A stretch of 64,000 nucleotides of DNA. It comes from Eutreptiella sp. 'Long Island Sound 2002' (Eukaryota > Protista > Euglenida). The notes below the pieces were generated by a model that was not told the origin of the DNA, searched no databases, and saw nothing but the letters and a program-made list of their open reading frames with translations. Shown here in pieces: positions 11,080-21,606 of the stretch. Every line of letters begins with the position of its first letter. Positions within the stretch are counted from its first letter, which is position 1. The stretch spans positions 179,986,001-180,050,000 of the forward strand of contig OZ038378.1 in the NCBI GenBank assembly GCA_964036045.1, in the 5' to 3' direction. The translations under genes and the position numbers were made by a program.

Positions 11080-13430
11080 ACCCCCCCCCCCCCGGGACCC
11101 GGGCTAGGGTGGTATCCACGCTGCAACTGTCCATGAACGAACGTGCATTCATGCTGACATCATGGATTCTGCCGGTCGTGGCATGGGTATCCAAGGCATA
11201 CTACGCCCCAGTCTCGTTGATCAGACAACTGAAGTTGGTGTACCACGTGACTATGGGTACCAACAGCTGGGGAATCACCCTACCAATCCTCTCACGACCA
11301 AGAACGCAAGGGGAACTGGCACTACCAGAACCAGAGCTGTTTCTTATGCACCAGGCAGCGGCTCCGTTCGTCAGCCTGTTGGGAGAGCCTTACAAATTTA
11401 CCGACAAGGCAGTGGAGACCTTCTATGCATGGGCAACAACCATAGGGTTCACACCATCCAAGGACAACCTTCCATATATTCAACTGGGCATGGTCCGAAC
11501 GGCTGATCTAACATTCCTGGGATGGTCGGCAAAGGCACACTCCAACATCCAGAGAGCGGCCCCGCAGGTGCCCCCCCCGGCAAACCGGGACCGCCTGCCG
11601 TTGTGGCACTCTGTGTATTTCCGAAATGAGTTCCACTGCTCCTACTACAACACGAAATTGATCCGGCAGGGGGTGCTGACGTGGGGTCAATTCCAATCCT
11701 TGGAGGACGCAAGATTGTTCAATGCACTGCCTCGGACATGGAAAGGGGTCTACAATCATGGCGGACGACTCCTCAACAAAGTCCCGTCACAAGGGGGGTT
11801 TGATACCCCCGCAGTCCATACCCAAAACTGGACCAGGGCATGGCTGCTCCAGTTCTACGCCTCTCAGCCAGGGGTCCGCGACCCGCAAACACCGGAGGTA
11901 TGGGAACAGTTGGCACAGGCACAGCTACCACCGAGGGTTCGGGACTTTGCGCAAAAGGCGCTGTGGCACAAACTGACTGTACATGCAAGAGTCTACAAGA
12001 GGTCAGGCACTGACAAGTGCCCGGTATGCTCACAAAAGGAGACGGTTAAGCACGCGATGGTCGAATGCTCCATGTTCAAAGCGGCGGCGGCGGTTATATA
12101 GCACTACTATGGCCAGGTGGAAACTGAGAACGGGACATCCACAGTTCGAGATATGATGGAGTCAGACGACCAAGAATGGTTACTGAAAACGAACCAAGGC
12201 TGGGCGATGTGGTCAGCAAGAAGTGCCCACTGGCGGTACCGATGCGAAGTCAAGGCAGGAGCGTCGCCGGTGTTCACGTCATACCTAACAACATGGCCAA
12301 GGGAGCTATGTGAGTGGGTGGGATTTTACACAGGGGAGCGCAGGGAACAATGGAAAGGCTTTCAAAAATCACTGGAACAACTTCGAGACACCGGAGTGCA
12401 GCCGCGACAAGGGGAAGTGCAAGTACATGGGGGATTGAATGCATGGTGGCAAACACACACGGAGTGCTTCACCCAAGAGAAATCAGCCAACAATCACAGT
12501 TGGCAAAGGGCAACGGAATCACGTCCGAAGCGCCCGAGGCAGGCAGGCCCGGGAGTGCTACAAGGAGTGCAAGATCTGATTGCAGAACTGGTGGCGAAGG
12601 GCTGCAGGATAGTGTACACGGACGGATCGTCGAAACGACTGAGCCACAAGGACATGCGCAGGGCCGGGGTATTTGGCGTGTTCGCGGTGGAAGACGACCA
12701 AGGACCGGAGGTGCGCTTCTGTGGCTACGTACCAACACAGCACAGGCAAACAAATAACGGAGCAGAGCTTTGGGCAGCCGTGGAAGCCTTACAGGGATTC
12801 TGGGTGCCAAAACTGGCAATCCTCACCGACTCGCAGTACCTGCAGCTGGGAGCGACTGGCAGGGCCCAACACTGGAAGTCAAAGGGATGGACAACCACAT
12901 CTGGAAAACTGCAAGTTCACGTCCCAGTCTGGGAAGTGCTGCTCCAGGAAATGGCGACGCCGGGAAGAGAAGTCAGGTGGGAACATGTCCCAGCACATGT
13001 CAACGTGCAGGGAAATGAGGTGGCGAATGGGTTGGCCATGGAAGGCATGTGTTCAAGCCCACTGTGGTCACAGCATGTTGCACCAAATTCATCATCAGGG
13101 TCAGAGTCCACGGTAGGCTTGAGGGGAGGGTCGGGATCAGAGTCAGAGGGCACCAGGGCACTCTGGTCATCCTTGGGTATGGTACCCATGGACAGTGATG
13201 AACTGACAGGGGAAGCATCCGGGGAGCCAGCGCCACGTGAGATGGGACCATACTCCTCAAGCAGTACAGAAAGTGAGGAAATGAGGACAGGACACACACA
13301 CCAGGGAGTGCTGTCGAGTGCACTGTCAGCAACGGACACACTGTCCTTCAGCACTGATGTGAGTGACACCAGGCGACAGCGCAAGAAGCGAAGGCTCAGG
13401 AAACGCAGGAACCCAGGTCAGGGTCGTTAA
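11080..13430 (+). pseudogene. 5'-truncated L1/Tx1-like LINE ORF2: post-RT region, CCHC zinc knuckle, C-terminal RNase HI and acidic/basic tail
   Basis: Homologous to 30760-32996 (RARVVSTLQLSMNERAFMLTSWILPVV vs RARTLATLPLGMEERAYLFATWVAPVV). Knuckle CPVCSQKETVKHAMVEC; RNase H motifs VYTDGS, NNGAELWA, TDSQY, HVPAH...GNEVA. A single in-frame TAG at 12099-12101 separates two same-frame ORFs. Confidence 0.85.
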
Positions 13431-13630
13431 TGACGGAGCCAGTAGCCCTTGCACAATGGTGCGGACATCTCACAGGTTCCAAGCACAACAATGCATGTAT
13501 GAAAAATCTGTGTTCTGACGCAGAGTTTGCAACACATGAGCTGCGTTTTGTCGCAGTGAGCAGCAACACGCAAAGGAGAACTCCAAGCAGCTGAACGCCG
13601 CGTCTTGTCGCGGAAAGGCACCCAGGCGTT

Positions 13631-14272
13631 ATGCCGTCTGGAAGGACACTGCAGGGGAAGGGATCACATCAGCAGCGGTATGGCCCATACACACACATCC
13701 AGCCAGCCCCAAAGAAGGTCAAGCCTCAGCAAGAACGCCAGCGTTTCAAAGTGCAAGCACTGAGTCAGCTGGACGCCATTGCGAACGAAGGACTGCAAGC
13801 AGTTGAAGCAGAGCTGACCACAATGGCCTGGGCCCGCAACCAGCAGATCTGGCTCCGACTGGACCAACCACATGACACCAGGATGCACTGTGAGATTGTG
13901 GACAACCATGGGGAACCATTGCTGATGAGCAATCAGGAGCTCTACTCGGTGATGGTCCAGATCAACTGGACCCTGAAGACCCAGGCTCTGGCGAACATGC
14001 AGGTCCAGTGGCGACCCAAAAGTGCAGGCAAGTGGCACCCGTTCCAGTGGGAGGCGATCCTCCACTGTCCGACGGCAGCAGGACACAGAGCGGTGCCCTC
14101 CTCGGTGAGCAGAACTGGAGATTGCATGCATGTGTGGCTGGCAGGCCGAGCAGACCTCTTGCAATTGTTCCCAAGAACGCTGTTCAGGCAGGCGGACCCG
14201 GTACCCGGGGACGCTGTGCGGTTCCTCTACACGCTGCTGAACACACCCCCATGCGAAAGAAGATACGCATGA
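13631..14272 (+). CDS. Intact 213-aa ORF of unknown function (ORF X) associated with retroelement sequence
   Basis: ATG-to-stop ORF with a clear paralogue at 17285-17908 and homologous sequence upstream of both ATGs. Confidence 0.7.
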   Translation: MPSGRTLQGKGSHQQRYGPYTHIQPAPKKVKPQQERQRFKVQALSQLDAIANEGLQAVEAELTTMAWARNQQIWLRLDQPHDTRMHCEIVDNHGEPLLMSNQELYSVMVQINWTLKTQALANMQVQWRPKSAGKWHPFQWEAILHCPTAAGHRAVPSSVSRTGDCMHVWLAGRADLLQLFPRTLFRQADPVPGDAVRFLYTLLNTPPCERRYA

Positions 14273-14324
14273 CAGGGGGTGACACAAAGGAGAAGAAGAG
14301 TGGAGCGCATGGTGCAAATACCCC

Positions 14325-14420
14325 ATCGTCGTGGCTCAGTGGATACACCACACCTCTTCTGTCCCGTGGAGGATGGTTCGAACCCCGGGGGGGATAGAGA
14401 TGCACCGAACGACCCGAACC
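14325..14420 (+). repeat. tRNA-derived module (Pol III A and B boxes), SINE-like
   Basis: TGGCTCAGTGG at 14332 and GGTTCGAACCC at 14375 (43-nt spacing). The cloverleaf stems are broken. Downstream GATGCACCGAACGACCCG is shared with 21028. Confidence 0.6.
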
Positions 14421-14434
14421 CCCCTTTTTTGGGC

Positions 14435-14580
14435 GCGAGAGAGAGAGAGGGAGAAAGAGAGAGAGAGGGGGTAGAGCACAGTGGGAAAGGAACAGAGAGG
14501 AGCAACAGGAGAGATAGAGCAGGGGAGAGCAAGAGAGACTGGGAGGGAGAGAGTAGGAGAGAGACCCACAGAGCAAGAGA
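14435..14580 (+). repeat. (GA)n-rich purine tract
   Basis: Direct reading. Confidence 0.8.
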
Positions 14581-15029
14581 CCGGGGCTAACCGGCGCAAA
14601 GGGAGGGTGGTGGGTTCGAGGTGACCAGGGTAAATGGGACGCCACGGCAGCACGGAACAATCAAGAAATGCAAAAGCAGGGCGCCGTAGCGCCCCTGAGT
14701 CACAGGCTCGACACGTCGTCACGTGTTGAACAGCCGAAGCATGACTGGGGCTGCGAGAGTGCGGCCCACGTGAGGCAGCTGGAAGCCAGCGGGCAAGAAA
14801 CAGTGGACAGCAAGCGCATGAATGGTGTCGAGCGACAAAGGTAGACGCCACACACGGTACAGCAATGAACTGTTGAGACACCTGACGGCAGGAGCATATG
14901 CTGAAGTGTAGAGACGCCTTTGCACCAACACAGGCGCCTTTGCGCCCCTGGGGCACGACAACGACACGTCCTTACGTGCCAGGGAAAGAGTGCAAGCCAG
15001 GGGCACGACCTGCAGGGCAAGGGTTAGAG

Positions 15030-15238
15030 TCTAACCGGCACTGCGGGCGGGTGGTGGGTGCGAGCTGACCTCACTGTCCAGAGGAGCAGAGCCAATGCAC
15101 AGTCAGAAACCACCTGGTGTGGTACAGAACTGGTCTACGCTGCAGTGCAGCAAGCAAGACATTGAACAATTGTGGTTATGACCATGCGCCTGTGACACGG
15201 GGGCGTATGCGAACCCAGTTTCCGTTGCCTCATGGCCC
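15030..15238 (+). repeat. Conserved ~200-nt non-coding element, copy A (TCTAACCGG ... TCCGTTGCCTCATGGCC)
   Basis: Alignable with 21391-21606 and 59588-59750; a partial 5' copy lies at 14587-14626. Confidence 0.7.
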
Positions 15239-16494
15239 GGGACCCGGGTGCTCGCTGGGCCACCTCAGCGGCATCCGAACTCGGCACTCTGGAACGCCCA
15301 GTGGTGGTTGCCACAGAACTTGCATGGTCGAGAGGGTGGGTTGGTGCAGTCCTGCTAGGTGCCCTTGTTGGTGCAAAAGTGGCAAGCAGTGGGACAAGAG
15401 AACGTGACAAGCAGGCGGTTCCGGTCAGGAATGCGCTGGGGGCCTTACTGGAGGAGGCAGAGCGGGGGATCGGCAACTCATACGAGGCTACACTATGGAG
15501 GAAAATGGAGGATGGCACCAGAAAGGCGTACACTGGGACACAGTACAAGTTCTTGCGGTACGGCAGGATTAATGGCTTCCTATCGCCGCGTGAGGCGCTC
15601 AAGAGGCGCATGTTACAGGTGGCCAAGGATGGCCAGTACGAGTCGCCGGGTAAAGCCATATTGTCCGGACTACGCCTGGCGGAGAAGATGTCCTTCATTG
15701 CAGCGATCGTGGTGCCAACAGACTGGCCGTTCGCCGAGCGACTGGACAGACTCCGGATTTCGAGAAACCCGAGGAACATGCGATGGGCTGAGGGTGACAT
15801 CATTTGCAGGATCGCCAAGAGAAAGGACACATGGGAGTGGAAAGAGCGCCTGGGAATGGCTGTCCGGTCACTCAAGAGCATGCTGCGCATCGGCGAAGCG
15901 TGGACGGTATCCTTACCAGGCGATGGCAAGCTCTGCTTCATGGGGGAGAAGTCACGGGGTGGAGAGCATGAGCAGGACGTTGGGCCCTGGCCGTCGCGTT
16001 GGATGCGGTTCATCTGAGAGGAACGTCAGAAGCGTGGGGTGGCCGAAGACCGGCCGCATGGGTATCAATCACCAACGGACTTGGAAGAGGCATGGGTGGC
16101 GCTCGTGGTAGGCACAGAGCTCGAGCACTACAAGTGGCACTGCCTGCGGAGAGGCGGAGCGACGCAGTTGTGGGCCTCAAGAGCGCGAAACCAAATCATC
16201 ATGCTCGCTTGTGGATGGGAGTCGCCGTCAGTGGCGAGGCACTACACAAAGCCGAAGCACGCTTGGAAATTTGTGGAGCGGGGAGAGCAGCCGGTGCCAG
16301 TATGTGGAGAAAATAGGTATCGCCTCGTGTATGGAGACTGCTCCTCAAAACAGTGGTGGCCGGCATGGCTACGTAAAGAGCTCCGCAAACTGGCAGCAGA
16401 GGCACAAGTGGATGGCGAAGTTCTGGGACCGACTAAACAGGCCGCCGAAAACAGGAGAAGGACCCGATCTGCAGGACCGCCAGGGGCAGAGTAG
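15232..16494 (+). pseudogene. Tyrosine recombinase of DIRS/VIPER/TATE-type retroelement, one in-frame stop
   Basis: Catalytic set R (LRIGEA), K (GEKS), HxxR (HCLRRGG), W (GWES) and Y (ARHYT). ORFs 15232-16017 and 16039-16494 share a frame across TGA 16015-16017. Confidence 0.85.
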
Positions 16495-16899
16495 AAGGCA
16501 GTGGGTGCATGGACGCCGCATGGGGAAGGTTGGGGAGTTGGGAGAGGAGTTGGACATGGACCTGATCCAGGTGCACGAAGCGATCTGTGACCAGGTGCAC
16601 GTGAGGGAGAGACCCAGGGACGCCCTAGCCGAGAATGGGAGGCAAGACCACCCTCTCCTCAGGTATCTTTCTCCAGACAAACAGGAGATGTCCCACACAC
16701 CAAGCCCGGCAGCCCCATTCAAGGGGCGTGCACAACTATTTTTTGACTGCGATTCCGACATGGAAACGGCCGTGGCCATGACCCTATTCAACACTCCTTC
16801 TCAGGCCAACTGAGACGACCATGAGACAGATGATTTTCCAACACCACACTCTTTGGTGTGTTCGCTGTTGGGTTCACCCACACCCCATGCGACCCCCTC

Positions 16900-17160
16900 C
16901 CCCCTGGCGGTTTGGAGGGCGTTGGGACCGGAACCGATGTCCAACACTTGCCTTCCTTTTGGGGATAAAGAGGCCTTGTCGCCGACGTCCCAACCAATGA
17001 ATGTACTTGCGAGCATCAGCCCTACCGGACCCTGAGCCTCAAGATTCGGTAGAACGATGCCTCTTTGTCGACTCAGATGATTGTAGCACTGATGCCAGTG
17101 ATACCCGTAAAGCCCCGAAGAAGAGAACTAAGCTGCAGAGTCGACGGTCTTCGCCAGAAC
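16900..17160 (+). pseudogene. Frameshifted remnant homologous to the LINE ORF2 C-terminal tail
   Basis: WRALGPEPM (16913) and STDASDTRKAPKKRTK (17085) match WSSLGMVPM...STDVSDTRRQRKKRR (13164-13400) and WDALGLEPM...STDVSD (32727-32900). Confidence 0.6.
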
Positions 17161-17284
17161 TCCCAGCTAGGCTCCCACCACACCCACAACGGCTCACTCC
17201 TGTGAGACACAATGCGATGCCTACTCTTTTCTATTGCACAACCACATTTACCTGTGTCCCGTCACAGGAGCACACCCAAGCGTC

Positions 17285-17908
17285 ATGACGCGGGGAGGAC
17301 AGCACACAAATCGTGGGAGAGGGCAACAGTCTGGACGGCCGAGACCGCCCAGACCGCCTACACCACAAGAAACACGCCAACGATTCAAAGTGCAAGCACT
17401 CAAAAAACTGCAGGAGGTTGAAGATGAGGCCTTGGGGTTCCTCAACTTCACCCATGACGCCATCCAGTGGCGTCGAAACCAACAAGTGAGGATCGGGCTA
17501 CAGATCCAGGGACCATCCCGCATGATGGTCGAAATCGTAACAACGCTCGGCACACCAGAACAAATGTCGCATCAGGAGTAGTTTTCGCTCATGGTCGCCA
17601 TGTACTGGCTGCTTAAACGCCGTGCTTGTGAAAATATGCGCATCGGTTGGACCTGGAAAAGAGAAGACCAGATGCACACCTTCAATTGGGAGGCCATGTT
17701 GATGGTACCCATCGCGGCAGGGCGCCGGCCAGTGCGCAGCTCAGCCGGCATGTCCGGGGATTATTTTTACATCTGGTTTGCAGGGATGCCAGAAGTGCTG
17801 AGGCACTTTCAACAGACATTATTGCATGCCAGTGACCTCATTTCAGCGGATGCGACACGTTTTCTGTACACATTGTTGCTGACTCCCCCTTCAGTCAGGC
17901 AGTATTAG
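17285..17908 (+). pseudogene. Second copy of ORF X (X'), one in-frame TAG
   Basis: Shares RQRFKVQAL, RNQQ, F.WEA.L..P.AAG.R.V.SS, W.AG and DA.RFLYTLL.TPP with 13631-14272; stop at 17579-17581. Confidence 0.75.
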
Positions 17909-18241
17909 TGAAAACAGCGGCGTGTTTTGTCACGGGCACAGCTCAGGGTGTCTTATCACCCAGAGCAGATATACCTGTATTGCCAAGACGATGAGAGCGT
18001 GATGAGAGCATTGCTTTTCAGGGCCTGCCTTCGCGGGCCCTATGTGTTGTTTGACTCTTTAGGTTTGGCAAGGGTACAGGGGGACAAGTAGGGGGAAGCA
18101 GCAGGACGGAGCAGATCGCAGGCAGAGCGGGCCGCCACAGAGCCAGCACTTATGCACCTCTGACTGTACATACAGACTTCCAAGAACCTCCTGAACACTG
18201 TAGTGGCTACGATCCCAGCTTTGAGGGGCTGAGGGGAGTTT

Positions 18242-19961
18242 TTGAAAACCTCGAATGAGACCAGGGTGTCAGAGGCCGTGAGCCAACTGCTGCTGGAGGT
18301 TTGCGATGCGGCAGGCGATTGTGCAGCGGAGACAATCCCGGTGGTAGTGGGTTGTTTGACAGAGCTGGCACAGAAGGGCATCGATCCCGAAGACGAGGAG
18401 AGCTATTACAGCGATGAGGAGGACCATGGCGAGGTGGACCCGGCAGTAGCAGCTAAAGGGCTGGGCCAAGTGGGAAATGTGCCAATACAGGATACGCTGT
18501 GGTCGCGCTGTGTGCCGGGGGACCTGCGGAGCCGGTACCAGAAGTGGAGAGACATCTCAGGAGGAGTAGGGTCGTCGGACGGCGTGGGGGTGCGCGAGAT
18601 GTTGGATGCCTTAGTGCGGGATGGAGCTCTGAGCAGACGGACAAGCGTTAGAGAAGCCAGTGGCAAGGCGCAGGTTCGGCCTAAAAGCAGTGAGAAGTGT
18701 GCGTTCATCCTGAATTGCGTGAAGCAAAATGCCTGTGATAGCCGTAAGCCACGAGGGTTTCAACAGCCCCAGATGGAGATCCGAGGGACTCCGTTTTGTT
18801 GGGGGGGCGACAGAAGCTATATATGGCAAAACTGGATTTGTCCAACTTTTTTTGGAGTGTGCGCCTACCAACGAGCTTGGTCGGTGAATTCAGTGTGTGC
18901 TTGGGATACGCCTAGTATGTGTGGCAGTCGTTGCCGTTTGGGTGGAAGTATTCACCCCTCCTGTGCCAGAAATTGGTATACAGTGTCGTCAAAATCTCCG
19001 TTTGATGGTTACCTGTGCTGTTTTTTGTCTACCCGGAGTATATTATTATTAGTAGGCACACGGCGTTTTGTGGGTAAAGCGGTGCGCCGGGCCAAGCATA
19101 GGTTGAAGTGTGGAAGGCTTTATTATTAGCCCAAAATCTGTGATGGAGCCCTCACGATAGCTAGATTTTGTGGGCAAGGTTTTTGATCTCAGCAGTGGTA
19201 CACTGGAGAATCGCCCAAGGATGCTGAGAGGGCTGGTGCGTGTGTGGTTGCTGCTGGTTTTAGGATTGCTGAATCGGAAGGGAATGGAAAGACTGCTGGG
19301 TCGGTTGGAGTGGGCCTTAAGGCCGTTGGCGGGCCTGAGTCTGTTTCTAGCCGGAGCGTACTGCTGGAAGCACGCGGGTGGCAGTAGGGTCCCACGTGCA
19401 CTGCTGAGACCCCTGTTGACTTCTATTTGTTTTGCTTTTGTGCCACAGCGATATGTGATGAAAGCCAGGGTACAAGCAAAACCCCCGGCATGCTGGAGTG
19501 AATATGTGTTATTTGCTGACGCCGCCCCAGTGGGGCTTGACACTTTTTCTGTCGGGTTGTACCTACCGCCGGGGGGGATGTGCATGTCTCCATGGGGATG
19601 GGTGCAGGGCTTTCGCTTGGCGGCTTATATGAAGTGGCCTCGGGTATGTGTGGGCAGTGCCTGTACATTGGCGAGGTGCCGGATCCAAGGGCAGAGAGGT
19701 GCGGTTTTTTGCTCTGGTCAGCAACGTGTCCTGCGCGCCCTGTTCTGGTTGCGCCGTTGGTCAGGATTACCCATAGCTGGCTTTTTTGTCCCCTCTGAAC
19801 GCAACCTAGCTGACCCGCGTAGCAGGATACATGAATTTGACTCAGAGAGGTCCTGCCTGGGGGTCTGCCCGAGAGAGGTTATGGCAATGGCACTCGTCCC
19901 CCTTTCCCTACCAGGATTTCTTTGCACTGGCCCCTTTCCCGTGGGTCAGTGCGCCACATGA
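18242..19961 (+). pseudogene. Decayed DIRS-type reverse transcriptase / RNase H
   Basis: Across frameshifts: PKSSEKCAFILN, KLDLSNFFW (motif A), LPFGWKYSP (motif B), a degraded YxDD near 19030, then RNase H FADAAP and VPSERNLADPRSR. Confidence 0.8.
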
Positions 19962-20324
19962 CAGCGTAGAATGCCCCTCTGGCCGTTTGGCTGTTGAGGG
20001 GGTGTGACGGGCGACAGAAGGGGAGGAAACCACCGCTTCCCCTGCCTGGGGGGGGGGGGGGGGGGTGCCAGAGCCAGGACCCTAGTTTCCTCGTTTCCTT
20101 TAATGGTAGGCATGGAACATCGCGGACGTTTGGCGCTCTGGGTGGACACGTGTGCCCCTCATTACTGCCCGTGCCAGTTTTATGTTTTCAGTGCGGGCGT
20201 CAGGATATCACCTGGTCTAGCTTGTCGCTGGATGCACACGCAGCACAACCGTTTTTGTTTTTCGATGACACGTACCTGTCTTTTGCTTTTACCGACACGG
20301 GTCAAAGGGGGAAATCCTTTCCTC

Positions 20325-20670
20325 TCGAAATGGGGCCCCGCTGGACCGGCATCTGTTTTGTTTTGCATGCATTGCACAGAGGAAGGGAGTGTAAACTGTG
20401 GTTTCCATTGAAAGTGAAGTTTAATGCATTCCCCGGATCTGCCATTGTCTTAGCATACATGCAGCATGCATATGTGTTCACTTTTACGCTTAGTCGGTTT
20501 TCATAATCGAGGATGGAGGGTCCCACCCGCCCACCCTTCGGACAATGTCTACCCCTTGAGATGAGGGACATCGAACTCGACCAGCGGCGCTACGAAAAGT
20601 GCTGCGGCGCCCCGAGTGGACCGGCATCTGTTTTGTTTTGCATGCTTTGCACAGAGGAAGGGAGTGTAAA
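20325..20670 (+). repeat. Near-identical direct repeat of a short block
   Basis: GGACCGGCATCTGTTTTGTTTTGCATGC(A/T)TTGCACAGAGGAAGGGAGTGTAAAC at about 20343 and 20598. Confidence 0.85.
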
Positions 20671-20944
20671 CATGATTTATGGCCTGCATGCGAGGGTGGG
20701 GGGGGGCGCCTGCGTACAATTCTGTCTTTTAATTTTGGAACCCTGCGAGAGAGCAACCACCAGTGGGCAATCTGTTCCTGCACAACGTTTGCCATTCTCA
20801 TCGGAGCCTTGCGAGCACGCAGAGCACAATGCACAACAGGAAATGGAGCGACTCTTGCCTTTTACCTGAACCAAGTAGCCTCCGGAAAGGATCACGGTCG
20901 ACCGGTGGGTTTCGATTGCACTAACAAGGATGCAGTAAGGGACA

Positions 20945-21050
20945 ACTTCGTCCACAGTAGAGCGGTAATCCTCTGGGCTGGTGATGGGCGTGATCGGTGG
21001 TTCGAATCCCGCAACGGGGAGGGTTGGGATGCACCAAACGACCCGCATCA
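20945..21050 (+). repeat. tRNA-derived module (B box; weak A box)
   Basis: GGTTCGAATCC at 20999 followed by GATGCACCAAACGACCCG, homologous to 14373-14416. Confidence 0.5.
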
Positions 21051-21390
21051 CCGGAATCGCCCATTTTTGCATGCATGCATGACGTCAAGAGCTAAAACAT
21101 GATGAATTTGAATGGTGAGTGCAATGGCCACAGCACCGGAAGAATATGGTAGCATAAGGTATGCAAGGTATCGTCTTCTTCATAGGGTAGTGGCTATGCA
21201 CACGGCCTGAGGCCCCTGAGGGATGAGCTCAAACCCCGGAGGGTCATGGCGGGCTGCCTTAGTGACATGGTCGATGAAAATCTTGTAGCCGTCTTGCACA
21301 ATCTGCTCCCAACTGGTGGGGTCATGATGGATCACGCCCAGTGCAGGGGCATTTTTGCGCAGATGTTCTGAACTTAAGTGCAAGGTTATG

Positions 21391-21606
21391 TCTAACCGGC
21401 GCCCATGGGAAGCGGTTGAGCTGACCCAGACAGCCCAAGAAACATTCGATAGCTGTGGTGCATGGTGAACTCAAGGCAACATTCGGCACTGATCTGGTTT
21501 GCGCTGTAGTGCAACAAGTCAAAACAATGAACTGAGATTTGTGGCTATGACCATATGCCTGTGTCAAGGGGGTAGAAGTGAGCTGAGTATCCGTTGCTCA
21601 TGGCCC
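21391..21606 (+). repeat. Conserved ~200-nt non-coding element, copy B
   Basis: TCTAACCGGC...GGTTGAGCTGACC...TGTGGCTATGACCATATGCCTGTG...TCCGTTGCTCATGGCC. Confidence 0.7.

Noticed and set aside
14325-14400. Functional tRNA genes (also 20945-21015 and 33246-33316)
   Set aside because: A/B boxes are present, but acceptor, anticodon and T stems have multiple mismatches; treated as tRNA-derived repeats.
15232-16494. Phage or bacterial integrase / prophage
   Set aside because: No phage genes; neighbours are DIRS-type RT/RH and eukaryotic repeats.
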